The notes under the pieces were generated by a model. It was not told the origin of the DNA and searched no databases. It saw only the letters and a list, made by a program, of their open reading frames with translations. The translations under genes and the position numbers were made by a program. 64,000 nt of DNA from Octopus vulgaris (Eukaryota), in assembly GCA_951406725.2 (NCBI GenBank), contig OX597836.1:30132001-30196000 (forward strand), read 5' to 3'. The stretch's first letter is position 1. Each line of letters begins with the position of its first letter. Positions 12,859-24,964 of this stretch are shown piece after piece.

Positions 12859-13075
12859 TGAGCTGATGGCTTAGTCTATGTGGAGCCTCTTGATCTGCTA
12901 CAAATAACAGTTAAATCTCACCCAAAACATACAGTCTAAAAATATAACTATGCTGTGAGGTCTTGAGGAAGTTAAGGCTATATTAAAAACAAAATGATCG
13001 AATGGTCATGACTGAGTCACATTTAATATGTCAGCTAAATCAGAGTTGAATTTTGTTTAAAGAGCAACAACAACG
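12859..13075 (+). mobile_element. About 210-nt SINE-like repeat without a tRNA head (HDV-like 5' end, (CAA)n tail), decayed copy
   Basis: GAGCTGAT...GATCTGCTACAAATAACAGTTAAATCTC...ATGGTCATGACTGAG...CAACAACAAC; other copies at about 14840-15050(-), 21680-21895(+), 53685-53888(+), 56615-56848(-). Confidence 0.65.
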
Positions 13076-13281
13076 GCTAATAAATGGAATGAGTTACTAT
13101 AAAACACTATGTATAATATACTAATATATACTAAACACATCTTAATTTTTGGACCTGGATTCTCGAAAAAGAAAACTCATAATATTATGTGTAATATGCA
13201 GTGTTGTATGTAGATAATCTACTGTAATCCCCTATATTAGCTTTTTATTTTTCATTTTATGTAAAATAAATTAATACATAT

Positions 13282-13433
13282 AGGCGTAGGAGTGCTTATG
13301 AACCACATGGTTCTGGGTTCATTCCCACTGCGTGGCACCTTGGGCAAGTGTCTTCTACTATAGCCTCGGTTCGACCAAAGCCTTGTGAGTGGATTTGGTA
13401 GATGAAAACTGAAAGAAGCCTGTCGTATATATC

Positions 13434-13482
<49 letters not shown>

Positions 13483-13679
13483 CTATGTTTGTCCCCCCAA
13501 CATCGCTTGACAACCGATGCTGGTGTGTATATGTCCCCGTAACTTAGCGGTTCGGCAAAAGAGACTGATAGAATAAGTACTAGGCTTACAAAGAATAAGT
13601 CCTGGCATCTATTTGCTCGACTAAAGGTGGTGCTCCAGCATGGCCACAGTCAAATGACTGACACAAGTAAAAGAGTAAA
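13282..13679 (+). mobile_element. CORE-type SINE, family A
   Basis: Near-identical to 514-927, with a small deletion in the head. Confidence 0.9.
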
Positions 13680-13930
13680 TATAATATCAATATGAAATGT
13701 TTTATATAGAATGAACTGATATATAATAAACACATAATCAAAAACAAAGCTTTATTACATATTGTATTTCATAATAAAAAGTGGTGGTGGTGGTGGTGGT
13801 GGTAATGAGGAAACCTCATTTTTTATCTTGATTTTAGTGAGATAAGTACATTCACATGCTTGAAGTTTTGTTTATTAAATCCCTACAAATTCTTCATTAT
13901 TTTCACAGTAAATTGAAGTTTAGAACTATA

Positions 13931-14135
13931 GACCATATTTTCCAGCACACAAGTCAACATAGCTATATAGTGTAAACATGTAATATAAACATCCAAACAC
14001 TGTCAATATCTTTCCAAATTCTGCTGCATTTCACATGGAACTTTTTGGTCCTACCCAAGTGTCTTAGTGTTATAAGTCAACCAATGCCTTCTGGTTGTAA
14101 AATTTAGTCTGGAAAATTTAACTTGTAAATTTCTT
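13931..14135. mobile_element. Old Tc2-like MITE
   Basis: CCATATTTTCCAG end; reverse-complement homologue at about 54886-55083 and a partial copy at 14380-14505. Confidence 0.55.
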
Positions 14136-14529
14136 CCAAATTGCACCCTTCTATCTTATATATGTACATACAGTATTTTCTGGCATATCCTCATCTCCAC
14201 CACCATCATCAAGACAGATGTTAAATGATGATGAGGAGGAGGGGGAGGTGGATGTGCAAGAAAATATGCTATGTACACATATAAGACAGAAGGGGGCAAA
14301 TTGAAAGAAATTTAGCTGCTATTTCTAACAGGTCTAGTGACCATGTAGATGTTTCCTTCATTAGCTCATGCATACATATCGTATTTTCTGACATGCCAGT
14401 CAATATAGTATATAGTCTTAACATTTGTGTTAGTGTATAAGTTGACCAACTATTTTTGGCTGAAAATTTTGGTCTGGAAAATTTGACTTGTTGGAAAATA
14501 CAGTATTTTGTTGGAAATTTACTCCCAAA

Positions 14530-14700
14530 AAGGTCAATCACTTCTAGTCTTTTAAGTTTCCACGGAGACAGCACGATGGACATGATCATAGAAGAGACGA
14601 GAGAAGCAAAAATATTACAAAATAGAAGCGACAACAGAAGAAAATATATTACCGAAGCAATACAAATTTAAAAAAAAAAAACTTCTTCAAGAAGCTGCAG
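14530..14700 (+). pseudogene. Penelope-like GIY-YIG C-terminal fragment
   Basis: Peptide ...HG...KILQNRSDNRRKYITEAIQI*KKK matches the usual PLE endonuclease tail pattern (KIL...RR..I.EAI.I). Confidence 0.5.
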
Positions 14701-15409
14701 TGTTAACTTAAGATATGAAAGCTATCAACAAATCCAAGACTACCTCTGTTAAAAATTTCATATTTGAAAATATTCAAATGTCAATGGATGCAGGCATGGC
14801 TGAATACAAAAGACAACATTAACTAATCTATCATTTGACTTGGTTCTTTTTTTAACCCCAGGTCAGCACTGATCAAGAAGTCACTATGGTCCAGTTATAA
14901 CCATTGACTGTTTTAAACGTTTTGAGATGTAGTATATATGTATGATTAGAACAAAGCAATCTATTGTTTCGTACATAAGATATTAGGTCGGTGTGATTTC
15001 AGGTAAACTGAGACAATATGTCTAGCGGGTCAAGTTGAATGGCCACATAGATTGAGATTGGTGAAGTTTACATGGGAATTTTAAAAATAAATTACATTCA
15101 AACTTCACATCACTTGGGACAAGGAGATTATTGGAGTGTCAGTTTAAATGATTTAGAAGATCAAACAAGTAACAACCGGATTGAGACTCAGCTCTTATTC
15201 GGGAATTGCTTTTAAAATCAACATCATCAGCATACACCAACAATAAAGCCATGTTGCATTCATGTGTGCGAGCGCATGCATGCGCGTGTGTGTGTCTGTG
15301 TGTGTAATCTATTTGAGCTGGGGTAAGTGGAATTATTGAATGAGAGAGAGAGAAACAATGAGGAGGGGTATATAGCTTTCAATTATTTTCCCAAAATATT
15401 ACTTGGTCA

Positions 15410-15577
15410 TGCATGGTGGGGCTGTGTGGTTCAGAAGCTTGATTCCCAACTATATGGACGAGGGTTCAGTCCCACAGCATGACACCTTGGGCAAGTGTTT
15501 TCTGCTATAGCCTCAAGCTGATCAAACCTCGTTAGTTAATTTGGTAGACAGAAACTGAAAGAAGCCCATGCTATACA

Positions 15578-15617
<40 letters not shown>

Positions 15618-15915
15618 TGTGTGTATCTATGAATATATTGGCTTATTTATAGACCCATAACTTAGTGGTTCAACAAAAGAAACCTAAAGAATAAGTGCCA
15701 GGTTTTACATACATGTGTGTGTGTGTGTCTATGAATATATTGGCTTTTTTACAGACCCATAACTTAGTGGTTCAACAAAAGAAACCTAAAGAATAAGTGC
15801 CAGGTTTTAAAGAAAATAGGTCCTGGGATTGATTTGTTCGACTAAAACCTTCAAGGTGGTGTTCCAGCATGGCTACAGTTAAATAACTAAAGCAAGTGAA
15901 AAAAAAAGACAAAAG
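15410..15915 (+). mobile_element. Diverged family A SINE with internal tandem duplication
   Basis: Segment (TG)n...TCTATGAATATATTGGC...AAGTGCCAGGTTTT occurs twice (about 15573-15706 and 15707-15808). Confidence 0.8.
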
Positions 15916-16190
15916 ATACACACACAACTCAACAGTCGTAATGCACGAAAAAAGAGAAAGTTCTCAGTGCCATAGAATAGTGTATTAATTTGCTTGGTTG
16001 AAATCAGCAGTGGGCAACTAGTAGTAATGGTCTACATGCATGAAAGTCACGTCATTTCTTTGAAGATGGTGATATGATGAAATGTCACAAGTTTCATGGA
16101 AGGAAATTAACAGTAGTTGCTAGTGTTCATTTCAGCTGATCAAATTAAATGTGTATGCATATATGAAAGTAAATGTGTATGCATGTTTGG

Positions 16191-16246
<56 letters not shown>

Positions 16247-16524
16247 AGGCATGAATAGCCACATAGTTCCAGGTTCAGTTCCACTGCATGGCACCTTGGG
16301 CAAGCGTCTTTTACTATAGCTCTAGACAGACCAAAGATTTGTCAGTGGGTTTAGTTGACAGAAACTGAAAGAAACCATTACACACACACATATATACACA
16401 CACACACACATATATATATATACACACACATACATACATATATATATATATATATACATATACATACATACATATATATAAATTGTTATATTTCAGAATG
16501 GTCATTTTGCCAGTTTAGCCAATA

Positions 16525-16573
<49 letters not shown>

Positions 16574-16864
16574 CACACACACATACACATACACAGGGTG
16601 CAATGAATAAACTTTTGTCTAAATTACACAAAAAATGAAAAGAACACTGACATCTCATTTTAACAGATATATTTACCAAAGTTACATAGAAATATCTTGA
16701 AATATTAAAGAGTGATCCTTATTGCCAAACTTAACTGTTTTTTAAGGAAGATATATTTTTTACTCCACTGGTTATCACACATAAAAACTGATTACACCTT
16801 TGAGCTACAGAATGTATTGTGTACATACATACACATATATGTTTACACACACACAAAATTGTGA

Positions 16865-17140
16865 TCATGTGATTGACTTGACAATTGAATGTTATCATAC
16901 ACAATGCACTTTACTTTGTTTTAGATTTTGAATGATGCCACCCAACTGGCTAGACAAGCAGGCCAACATTCCCCCTGATTTCAAGGCCAGTCTGTTGCAG
17001 GATTGCTCATTTGTAGCTGAGTGAACTGGAGCAACATGAATTGAAGAGTTTTGCTCAAGAACACAATGTGCAGCTGGTCTGGGAATTGAAAGTACACTCA
17101 CTTGATCATGAGTGCAGCATACTTGACCACTAGGCCACAC
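16865..17140 (-). mobile_element. tRNA-derived SINE related to family B
   Basis: Minus strand GTGTGGCCTAGTGGTCAAG...GTGTTCTTGAGCAAAACT...TAGCCAGTTGGGTGGCATCATTC; tail shared with family B. Confidence 0.65.
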
Positions 17141-17730
17141 ATCTTCCCCACATTTATACACATCATCATCCTCATCATTTTACATCTGTTCTCTTTGCTT
17201 GTATGGGTTGGATGGATAATAACAGTCTGAGTCAGAGATTACTAAGGGTCACTATTCTTACAGAGAGGTTCTAGTATATTTCTCTTTAGACTGGTTTCTA
17301 CAACTGGACACCCTTCCTATTGTCACGAATATGGACAAAAGTCTATTTGACCTCTATAGTGTTGATGCTACAACAAAATGTACACACTACACTTGTGAAA
17401 TTGGTTGGCAATAGGTAGGGCATTCAGCCATAGAAACCAAATGAAACAGCATGTATGAACATCAAACTTTCAGAACAGCAGCTCCCAATATGAAATGATT
17501 TGGACTGTGACAACCCATCCATGCCAGAATGAAAAACAGACATAAAATAAAGATGATGATGTACACATGATGTACAAACATTATACAGACATACATAGTT
17601 ATATACACACACACACACACAGAGGTATATACGCATATATACATACACAGGTATACATATACACACGCACATATATAAGTATATCTGTACATAAAAATAT
17701 ACCTACACACACACACACACATACGTATAT

Positions 17731-17775
<45 letters not shown>

Positions 17776-18361
17776 TATGTATGGACGAATGTGTGTGTCT
17801 GTGTGTCTGTGAGTGCATATACACATACACCCACATATATAAAGACCAAAATAGTGTTGCTTTAAAATCAATAGTGAATCCAATACTGTACGGTCTTTTG
17901 AAGATGTCAAATTGTATAGAGTAGGATTTAATCATTGGAAATCTGTGCCAGAACATGTCAAATACTTTGCTAATGGTGAGGACTATAATTCAAACCTGTA
18001 GAGGAAAGGATATCTAGCTATTGAGACAGAACGGGAGAGGAAGGGGAGAAATAAAGGGAGAAAGAAAGGCAGAGTGGTTGGGGGGAATGCAAGATAGATA
18101 AACGAAGAGAGAATGAGAGAGTGCGAGAAAGAGAAAACAAGAGAGAGAGAGAGAGAGAAAGAGGGAGTGCGACTTGAAGGAGATTGAAGATGAGAACATA
18201 AGAGAGAATGGTATATATTTATGTGGAAGAGAGATAGGACGGGGGAAAGAGAGACGGAAGAACAGAGATGGCTATGGGTGAGCAGGATGAAAACTAGATA
18301 GGAGAAGAGGAGGAGGAGGGGGTGGATAGGATAGAGATGGCTGAGGGTGAAGCTGGAGAGG

Positions 18362-18403
<42 letters not shown>

Positions 18404-18831
18404 GTGGTGAGGCAGGATGAAAGCTAGATGGGAGAGCAAGGGTGGTGGTGGTGGTGGTGGTGGAGGGAGAGATAATAAGAAAATGGGATGGAATGGGACA
18501 GAAAGAGAAAAGAGAAACAAGAGAGAGAGAGAGAGAGAAATATGCTGCAATGGAAAGAGACAGAGAAAAGGAACCCCCTCCCCCCCACAACTGTTTCTGT
18601 TACTATGAAACAAACAGAAAACAACATCAATGTGTTGGGGAAAGAGGGGGGGAGGAGAGAGGGGGAGGAGAGGAGGAGGAGGGGTAGAGTAGAGAGGGAC
18701 ATAAAAACATAATTGCATGTTTCCATGTTGATAAACATATAACATGGAAACATGAAAGCTAAACAATGTGGCATGTTATTAGGCATTATTTATTATTTTC
18801 ATTGATGTTGTTGTTTTCAGCTGTGAAATCA

Positions 18832-18862
<31 letters not shown>

Positions 18863-19665
18863 TATTATTATTATTATTATTATTATTGCTATTATCACAT
18901 TTTTCAACAGTTTTCATCCAAGGCTTCTGCTGTACCACTAGCAGGTGCACCTCTATGCGTTCCTGCGCTATGTTGCAGGATGGGATTGTCTTCTTCTGAG
19001 GGGTGCAAAAACTGGCGCTCATATATTTTGCATGCATGTGTGAAGCCTCTGTGGCCAATAAAGAAATTACTACTACTACTACCACCACTACTACTACTAC
19101 AATCACCATTACAGTGTTTTCAACAGTTTCAATGTGCAGCTTCTGTTGCACCACCAGGTGCACTTCCTGCAGTATGTTTCAGCACATTGACTTTTGGGAA
19201 TGCAAAGAATTATCGCTTTTTTTATGTCGTATTTGTTTTGTTTTTGGGGATATTTTATTGTTTCCTTTGCTGTTTATTGTTATTTCTGTTGTGACTGTTA
19301 TTATTATTATTATTATTGTTGTTGTTGTTGTTGTTATTATTTCGGCTATTTTACTCCACATAAATCGTCATGATGTTTTTGTATTTCATTCTTCTACGGT
19401 CTCCAACATCTTGGGCCATTGTGGCCAATAAAAGAAATAATTATAATGACTAGATTGGTAGGATTGTTAGTTAAAAAAAAAAAACTGAAGTGCATTGCTG
19501 TAATTCTTCTGCTTCTTTATGTTCTTAGTTCAAATCCTGCCAAGGTCTCCTTTGCTTTCTATCATTCTAGGGTTGGAAAAATACAATACTAGTCAAGTGT
19601 AGAGCTGATTTAATCAAACTTTTCTCCCACAATTTTCTGACTCTGTGTCTATGATGGGTGGTTAT

Positions 19666-19716
<51 letters not shown>

Positions 19717-19719
19717 TTC

Positions 19720-19990
19720 TGTCCCAAAATGGCAGAAATTCAAAAGATAGTGCTCATGGGAACTGCTCATATCCTACGCAAAATACTTTCTATGTAATCT
19801 CAAGTCTTAAAACAAACATAATTTTTGTATGGTTTTTTTTAGGCATTCACTAGTACAACACTAAGTACAAAACCAAATATATGGCACCCTAGGCATAATA
19901 CCAACATGAACTTCCGACTTGTTGTCTCTTGAGGTCTCTGGGTGAGACTTAGAGCCAGCTTGTGCAAATATAAAGCAAAAGTCAAACATA
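19720..19990 (+). mobile_element. 3' end of an R4/Dong-clade LINE between (TAA)n tracts
   Basis: Translates PKMAEIQKIVLMGTAHILRKILSM*, followed by a 3' UTR; (TAA)n on both sides. Confidence 0.75.
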
Positions 19991-20009
19991 TAATAATAAT
20001 AATAATAAT

Positions 20010-20930
20010 AGGAATTTTGGATAAAAAAGTTCAGTAGTTGCCATAAATTGATCACAAAGCAATTTAATGCATTGATCAATGGAGAAGAAATCCCGGGCTG
20101 GTTGACAAAAAGAATGGTGTTGTGCCTGAAGGATGCATCAAAGGGAAATGCTGCTGACAATTACAGACCAATTTCGTGCTTCCCATTAATGTGGAAGTCA
20201 CTGTTAGGAGGAATTGCAGAAGAATTGTATGAACTTCTTGATGAGAACGATATATTACCACCCAAACAAAAAGGCTGCAGAAGGAGATGCAGAGGTACCA
20301 AAGATCACCTATTGATAGACAAAATGGTAACGTAAGACTGTAAATGAAGGAGAACAAATCTGGGAATGGCCTGGATTGACAATCACAAAGCTTATGATAT
20401 GATTCTGCATTCATGGACCATCAAGTGCTTACATCTGTGTCGAATTGTGAGGAATGTAATGTGTTTCCTGAAGAGAAGTATGGTGGGATGGAAAACTGAA
20501 CTGACATCTTACGGAAAAAGCTTGAGCACTCTGGGTGTCAGATGAAGGATTTTCCAGGGTGATAGCCTATCTCCGTTGCTTTTTGTTCTTTGCATGATAC
20601 TCCTGAGCTTGGCACTCAAGAAAACGAACCTGGGGCACCAACTAAAGGAAACATCCCAATCAATCAACCACCTCCTCTTCATGGATGATTTGAAACTGTA
20701 TGGCAAACATGAGACACAAGTGATTTCCTTGGTGAGCATGGTCTACTGTTTTAGTACTGATATTAGAATGGAATTTGGACTAAAGAAGTGCAGAATAATC
20801 TACCTAAAAAGAGGCAACGTACAGTCCCTAGAACTACCAAACAGAGACTTAATTAAGCAAATTGAAACAGAAGGATACAAATATCTTGGTGTACTAGAGT
20901 TCAATGAGATAATGAAAGAGGAAATGGAAA
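20010..20930 (+). pseudogene. R4/Dong-clade non-LTR retrotransposon reverse transcriptase fragment with in-frame stops
   Basis: [69 protein letters not shown] in one frame. Confidence 0.9.
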
Positions 20931-21072
20931 AATTTGGTGGGAGAGTGATAGTCAATTACATCGACCTCCAGTGCTCAACTGGTACTTATTTCATTGACCC
21001 CCAAAAGGATGAAAGGCAAAGTTGACCTCGGTGGAATTTTAACTCGGAACATAAAAACTGACGAATAGTGTG
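20930..21072 (-). mobile_element. Meta-domain SINE body lacking the 5' half of its tRNA head
   Basis: Minus strand GAGTTAAAATTCCACCGAGGTCAACTTTGCCTTTCATCCTTTTGGGGGTCAATGAAATAAGTACCAG. Confidence 0.8.
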
Positions 21073-21078
21073 TGGGAG

Positions 21079-21190
21079 ATGCTTACAGTACCAAGGTTTC
21101 CCAAGTGGTCACCCATCTAAGTACTCACTAGGCCCGACATTGCTTAACTTTGGTGACCAGACGAGAACCGGTGCATTCAATATATGACCT
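21079..21190 (-). pseudogene. 5S rRNA-derived sequence (pseudogene or SINE3 head)
   Basis: Minus strand TTGAATGCACCGGTTCTCGTCTGGTCACCAAAGTTAAGCAATGTCGGGCCTAGTGAGTACTTAGATGGGTGACCACTTGGGAAACCTTGGTACTGTAAGCAT matches metazoan 5S rRNA, including A and C boxes; 5' end degraded, no T-run directly after. Confidence 0.9.
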
Positions 21191-24100
21191 ATTATTATTA
21201 TTATTATTACTGTTGTCATTATTTAGTTTTGTGATTTATTTATAATTAGATTTAGTCGCTTAAATCATTGATAAGATTTGGTTAATTTGTAATCAGGTCT
21301 CCTTTAAATGTAGCTGGGGCATATACAGCAACAGAAGAAAAAAATCATTTTGTTCTTTTCTGTTTTAACTTGAGAATGTTGCAAGTGAGAGGTGCCAACC
21401 AATCCAATCGAATCAAACAGATTAATTATGAGTGAACAAAGAAGCTCCCACAACAGCAGGTGAGAAACTCCTTGCCAGCAGGTAAAGCACAGCCTCCCAT
21501 TTGAGTTTGAAATCACTCACTGGTTAATAAATAATGCATGATATCATTTTAATTAATGATGCTTCATGCAATTTCAATCATATGTATGAATTTACAAAAT
21601 TAACAATTCATTATTTCATCATCACCCCTGCACAGATGTGACCCTTGGAATTTCAATCTTGGTTATTATAAAAGGTTTCTCCATATCTGTTCTAAATGGT
21701 TGTTCAGTTTGCTTGAAATAGTAAAAAAAATCTCCTTCAAACCATACACTGATGTCTTAAAAAAGGAAGGACACATTGGATAATATACTCTTCAATACAC
21801 TATGCCCTGCCAAAGGTAAGATTTAATGGTAATGGTAGAAATTCTTTGGTCATAGATTTGCTTGAGCTTGATCAGAGATGATCTGGAATTAACAATGAAT
21901 TAATCACTAAAATATACAATGAAATCCATAGAGAGAGGAGGCTGGAAGGAAGAAAGGCATTCAGCGAAGAAAGAAAATGTGATTTTTGGGATATTTTTAA
22001 TGCATGTAAACTTAAAGGAGTAGCCTTTTAGATACACAACACAAGTTTCACTGTCAGGACATCTTCATTCTTGATCTCTTCCTAGCTCTCTCTTTCTCTC
22101 TTTACCACTCTCCATAATTAATTTGTTTATCTTTTATGTCCATGATTCCCTACTAGCATGGGTTGGATACATATGGGTACATATTTCTGAGGCATTATTT
22201 TATCACAGAATGTCCTCCTGTTTTTAACTGTTGTTAACCCTCATGTGTTTTTCAAGTAAGGCATTCTTCAATTCACCCATCTATGAAAGCACAGAGTTAC
22301 AAGGTGATTTCTTAATGATGAATGTCAACATAAAATAGCAATTTTACACAAATGGTTTCATGCAAAAACAAAGACTGTTAGCATTCACGCATAAAAAACA
22401 GTATTCTATACAGTTTTCATCAACCAGTTACACTCACAAGGAACTGGTTGATCCAAGACAATAGTAGAAGACATTTTCCCAAGGTGCCAAGCAGTGAGAT
22501 TAAACTCAAAACCACTTCGAAGTGAACTCTATATCCACACAGCCATGCCTGCAGCTACAAGTTGTAATAAAACTCACAGGAAGATTTCAAGGGCCAAGTG
22601 GTGGTGTTAAACAGGGGACAAGATTAATTCTCCCATCCAAAAAAAATTATCACTTTTGATACAGTTTCTATCTATCAAATTACTAAATTTCACTCACAAG
22701 AAACTGCAGTACACCTATTGTGTGTGTGTTGTGAGGCTGTCCATATGGTCTATATAAGATTTTGTGGTTAAATTTCATGTGCAATAAATTCTTTATACTT
22801 CTAGAATACACAAAAGATTTTAACAATATTTTTAATACTAATGATATTTAATTAAAAAATACAAAAGAATTTTTTTCAAACATTGTATGGCTATGAATGT
22901 TCAGCCATGCAAAATCAAAATCAAAAGAATCCATAGGTAAAAAATTGTGGAGATTGCATGAGATATGATTCATCATCAGGCAAGCCACACATTCAGTAAA
23001 TCCCGCAGGCCACACTTTGCCCATGACTGGTGTAGATTCTACCTCAATGGCTTACTGGCAGACTAATTAGTAAAACTACTCTGATACCATAGAATCTTTT
23101 CAAGAACCAAGTTTCAAATCTCCATATCCTTTCATCTCTACTTAAAGAGACACAGAAGAGTCAATGAAAAAAAAAAAAAAAAAAAAAAAAGAAGTCCTTT
23201 TAAATTAAAAAAATTTCAAGCATCATTGAGAATTAAATAAACATCAGAAATGACAATGGCATCCTGGGGCCCTACAAGGGGTCATAGAAAAGTAATAATT
23301 TATTGTATTTGTGTTTTGAGTTTTAAAAAGAGCAGCATTACAGAATGTTTAATTTGATTTTATCTTTACACAATGACTGCCTCATCATATCATGCATACA
23401 TGTACACACACAAACACACATACACATGCACAAGTTGCTGCTAATGTGGTGGGGTCTAATAGTTTCCATGTGCTTAGTTCCATGGTGTGTGTGTCCTTCA
23501 TACAAAAACAAAGAAAAGGAACGAGTAAATATCTGAGAAATTTGCTCCGGGCCTAAGCAAAGAATTATATGAAATTTGCAGTAAAGAAAACTTAATAAAT
23601 ACCTAAAAAAACAAAACAAAAAAAAACAACAAAAAAAAACAAAAGAAAAATGTAATAGGGATAAATTAGAAAGGAGTGGAGAGAGAGCAAGAGAGAGAAC
23701 GGGGAAGAGAGAGAGATTCACACTGTTGTAGTGGAGGGCTGGCTATACATTTTAATATCTTTTTTACATAAAATTACAAACAAAATGCTAATATTTTCCA
23801 ACATTTTTATCCTGTAGACGTAAAACTTTATAAATTTGAATTCTCGAGCGAACGCATTTAATCTTAAGTACAAGGCAAAATAAATAAATAAATAAATAAG
23901 AACACTTCCCAATTTCTTTTTTGGGGTGGGTAAACAATAAATAAATGAAAATACAATTAGAATAAATATTAAAAAAATATATTTTTAAAAATGAAAAATA
24001 TTTTTAGAAAAAAAATGATCTCATCAAAATATTAATTTGAAAATCATGAATATCATTTTGTACTTTAACTTGAAGCTTAAAAAATTCATAAGAATGAGAA

Positions 24101-24249
24101 GTAGTAATGTTGAGTCTTTTCCCCATTAGTAGAGGACTTGAAATACATTGATTTCCGTCACATGAATCCATTGATACCTTTCACGTTTATTATTATTATT
24201 ATTATTATTATTATTCTGTCTATTGTAATGCTTCTTTATTCACTTGAGT

Positions 24250-24558
24250 ATTGGGCCTTACGGAGGCAATGACGAATGACTGGGACCTTCAGTATTATGC
24301 TGTGCTTGAGAAGAAGACCTATCAAGCCAACTAAAATCACAGTTGTGGCAGATACTGGTGTCATGCAAATGGCACCTGTGCCAGTGGCATGTAAAAGCAC
24401 CCATTACACTCTCAGAGTGGTTGGCATTAAGAGGGGCATCCAGCAGCAGAAACCATGCCAGATCAGACTAGAGTCTGGTGTAGCCTTCCAGCTTGCCAGC
24501 CCTGGTCAAACTCTCCAACCCATACCATCATGGACAACGGACGTTAAATGATGACGAT
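24250..24558 (+). mobile_element. RTE-related non-autonomous repeat with (GAT)n tail
   Basis: GGTTGGCATTAAGAGGGGCATCCAGC...CATGGACAACGGACGTTAAATGATGA; related pieces near 9880, 17400, 25775(-), 42860, 47985, 57815(-), 58555(-). Confidence 0.65.
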
Positions 24559-24823
24559 TGTTTTGAATTACATATACATTATCTTTTTGTGTTGAGATTT
24601 TGATGATGTGTTTGTTTATTTTTAGAATGACATTGTATGGTAAGTGTGAGAGACCGAACATGGTCAGTCTGTACATAAAACAGGTAGACTATTTGGGCTG
24701 GATATGGCTGGTTTAAAAGCTAAAGTGTTAAGGCTTTTAATGGTATTATTGAGCAGGCAACTGTTTTTGCACCCTAACCCTACCCCAATCTCCAGGAACC
24801 AAAATCCCTCAAATTACAGTCTA

Positions 24824-24964
24824 CAGCAGCCGTGAGCAACAAATGACTTTCTGGAGGGCATGCCTAAGGTAAAAATTTTGTGAAAATATTTTAGCAGATA
24901 TTTTTGCCTGATGGTGAGCCATGTCTCATGCAGCCTGCTTCTTGAAAAAGGCTGCCCAAACCTG
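24824..24964. mobile_element. hAT-like MITE, old
   Basis: CAG...GAAAAAGGCTGCCCAAACCTG ends; homologous to about 56845-57002. Confidence 0.45.

Noticed and set aside
18272-19431. ORFs of 100-164 aa with poly-P, L, N and T runs
   Set aside because: Arise from GA-rich and triplet repeats plus retroelement scraps; no domain signal.
24772-24786. CCCTAACCCTACCCC telomere-like sequence
   Set aside because: Only about two units; expected by chance.
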